Source: a virus
Taxonomy: Duplodnaviria > Caudoviricetes
Strand: one strand, 5' to 3'
DNA: 36,290 nucleotides
IMG/VR virus record: IMGVR_UViG_3300031836_000038
Span: 1-36,290 of that record
The translations under genes and the position numbers were made by a program. Below the pieces are notes generated by a model that was not told the DNA's origin, made no database searches, and worked only from the letters and a program-made list of their open reading frames with translations. Below are positions 35,301 to 36,290 of the stretch, piece by piece (the first letter of the stretch is position 1; every line of letters begins with the position of its first letter).

Positions 35301-36290
35301 CGCCGGCAGCCAGTCAAGCAAGTGGCGTGCCTAATCGGGACTCCATTATATCTGATTTTGGCCAGAAGCTAGAAGGCGCCCGAAAAGATTACGCAAGCCG
35401 CATGGCCGACGCGAAAGAGAAAGACGTTGCCGGCGTACCGCTGTCCGAATCATGGCCCCAGCCTGACTACCAGAAGATGATTGATTCTGGCGTTGACCCT
35501 GTGGCCGTTGGTTTTGCCCGCGCAGCCCGAGACGAAGTACCGTCAAAGCCGCGCAAAGGCTGGAAGCTGAAAGGTTGGGCCCGCGACGTTGAGGCGCTGC
35601 GCGACGTTGCCGAAAAGATTGTTAGCGGTGACATCACCATGGATCGAGTGCGTGAATCTGCCGACAAGCAAGAAAATCGCGCTGTGGCAGCTTACACCGT
35701 TGGCCTGGCAGAGCTTTATGCCGAAGTTGGCCACAGCAAGAGCCTGAAAGGGCTTCGGTTCCACAAGGCGCACTTCTCGCTCTGGAACGGCGAAAAAGAT
35801 GTTACCAAGTGGCTCATTGAGCGCACTGCAAGCACCGCCTCATTCGGCAACATGCCGCGACAGATCGTTGCAGCTGACACCAAAGAGCAGGCTATTAAGG
35901 AGTTCCGAAAAGTCCATGAATCCATGGGCGAAAAAGGGAAAGCGGAAAAGCAGACTCGTTTCGATATCTATTCCGACCGCCGCGATAAGAGCGACATTTT
36001 CATTGGTAAGAAAATTGGCAAGGATGTTGTTCGGATCAAGGAAGGGTTCAGTTCCGTCAAGGAGGCCCGCGAATACCTGTCCACCAAACAGGACGCGCTT
36101 GAAAGTATTCTGAGCAAAATGAAGAACATTCCAGATCATCGGAAGGCGATCAACTCACCCAGGGTAGGCGCGGATCACCGCAACGGCGGCGACGTGACAC
36201 CGGAGGCATTTGCTGAAGCTCTGGGATTTAGAGGCGTTCAGTTTGGAAATTATGTGGAGCAGGGCCGGCGCCAAGCCGACTTGAATCAAG
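32378..36290 (+). CDS. giant polyvalent virion protein with ParB-like and LPD-type domains (truncated by window edge)
   Basis: ATG 32378 (MSKYSEFFSALDQ). Segments I translated at the start, middle and end share one frame, and the track lists no closed ORF in that frame. Contains YVADGHHRL (ParB/Srx-like), DFGQKLEGARKD and GFRGVQFGNYV..RRQ.DLN (LPD1-type). Confidence 0.85.
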   Translation, partial: MSKYSEFFSALDQQAEQPDTYLEFDAPSPRVATSKPQPEPESAEAPGMISNAMRYAGERGMDLIGNAIQFAGRLADGGEQKITGALGGINPGVRAGNAQDMRDKGYDPDFEVGGYGVDFTARLNPEETDLGLQGLGQSAEDVTLGYQPNYTIDRAIDEPSIETIIGAAAENGPAALADMAAMILSLPAYLGSRTQEIAEARVENNFGNISKASPELQSALVKNFTEDQPIPEHLQKEADQLALPGWDDYKVAGPTAAASVLIDRIALGKLLPGGKGAIKSWRQLPGAAGRAFVTESGTEAVQEGGIEYAGESIGTQKGYSSNEAVRRAIGGAIVGGPTGAAVRGATASVEVRRDQAAQKIAEDALRAREASAAAGGDALDAANAASESIAGNLKNPIVRDEPMSDIRGLMAQAQQQGDMLTSGANDADIANAAPDLWAPSTAPRPYDIGRMGRNLANPPVDAPAEALSERITDVAQGPEIPAAPGPAQSEAGPQVTESGTGVFRVPVDQINVDAEQYQFRSRVNEQGVDKRLDGVKKWDDGRANNILVHRRVDGSLYVADGHHRLDLAKRLGQTAVNAKIIDEADGVTVEDARFDAAMNNIANDKADALDVAKVFRNSKLPVSEVRKAQDLPNNQAARDGEALAKLSDNAFGMVAAGQLSEKDGAAIGSAFSETGQQEAAASAFQKIEPQTDYQRQLLISEIRAAEFAQSQGDQSGLFGDDAQEVSLMQDRLKVLEKLRQQLNMDKRLFKSLNDNADRAIVAGNKIAVEANATITERSAKSLDLIGRVTTTPALNEMVNRAARRVFDGGPIATVAKELKQELANYESGTTTGVGRPKTAAPSGRPTAQPGKNAGSDKPVSGQDTAEAGQSGQPEIGRPEAAPDLDLTAQTEAELAKQAADRDAAEKAATKAKRDAEQKDKADAQADDFVLSGSDRQADVAEARGQGSLLDQPESTTRQAPKAADAKPSEQADSEAPAASQASGVPNRDSIISDFGQKLEGARKDYASRMADAKEKDVAGVPLSESWPQPDYQKMIDSGVDPVAVGFARAARDEVPSKPRKGWKLKGWARDVEALRDVAEKIVSGDITMDRVRESADKQENRAVAAYTVGLAELYAEVGHSKSLKGLRFHKAHFSLWNGEKDVTKWLIERTASTASFGNMPRQIVAADTKEQAIKEFRKVHESMGEKGKAEKQTRFDIYSDRRDKSDIFIGKKIGKDVVRIKEGFSSVKEAREYLSTKQDALESILSKMKNIPDHRKAINSPRVGADHRNGGDVTPEAFAEALGFRGVQFGNYVEQGRRQADLNQ

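Noticed and set aside
848-36139. Numerous minus-strand ORFs in the track
   Set aside because: All lie opposite well-supported + strand genes and lack recognisable motifs.

Overview
The whole window is the middle of a temperate phage or prophage, with essentially every real gene on the + strand. A gammaproteobacterial host is inferred from the protein families; I cannot name it. Order: 3' end of cro; two small DNA-binding-type genes; an Acb2-family anti-CBASS sponge; a Rha-type regulator; lambda-like O/P replication with iterons inside O; a frameshifted C5 cytosine methyltransferase; a long translationally coupled nin-like region (SutA-RBD-like protein, NinG, DUF3310 protein); a Q-position gene followed by a pR'-like promoter and two terminators; a lysis cassette (DUF5675 enzyme, two holin-like genes); a four-gene jelly-roll/Ig-like module; terS, terL, portal and scaffold; an N4-gp56-type major capsid gene; podovirus-type tail and ejection genes; and a >1300 aa polyvalent protein that runs off the right edge and is missing from the ORF track. 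The strongest unusual signal is a complete group I intron (22574-23406) with an HNH homing endonuclease that splits the capsid gene near its 3' end. Both splice sites can be read from the sequence, and splicing restores a 310 aa capsid. Also notable: the methyltransferase frameshift lies on a GCGCAGA x2 repeat, and a third copy would restore the frame. Family names come from motif recognition from memory, not database searches.
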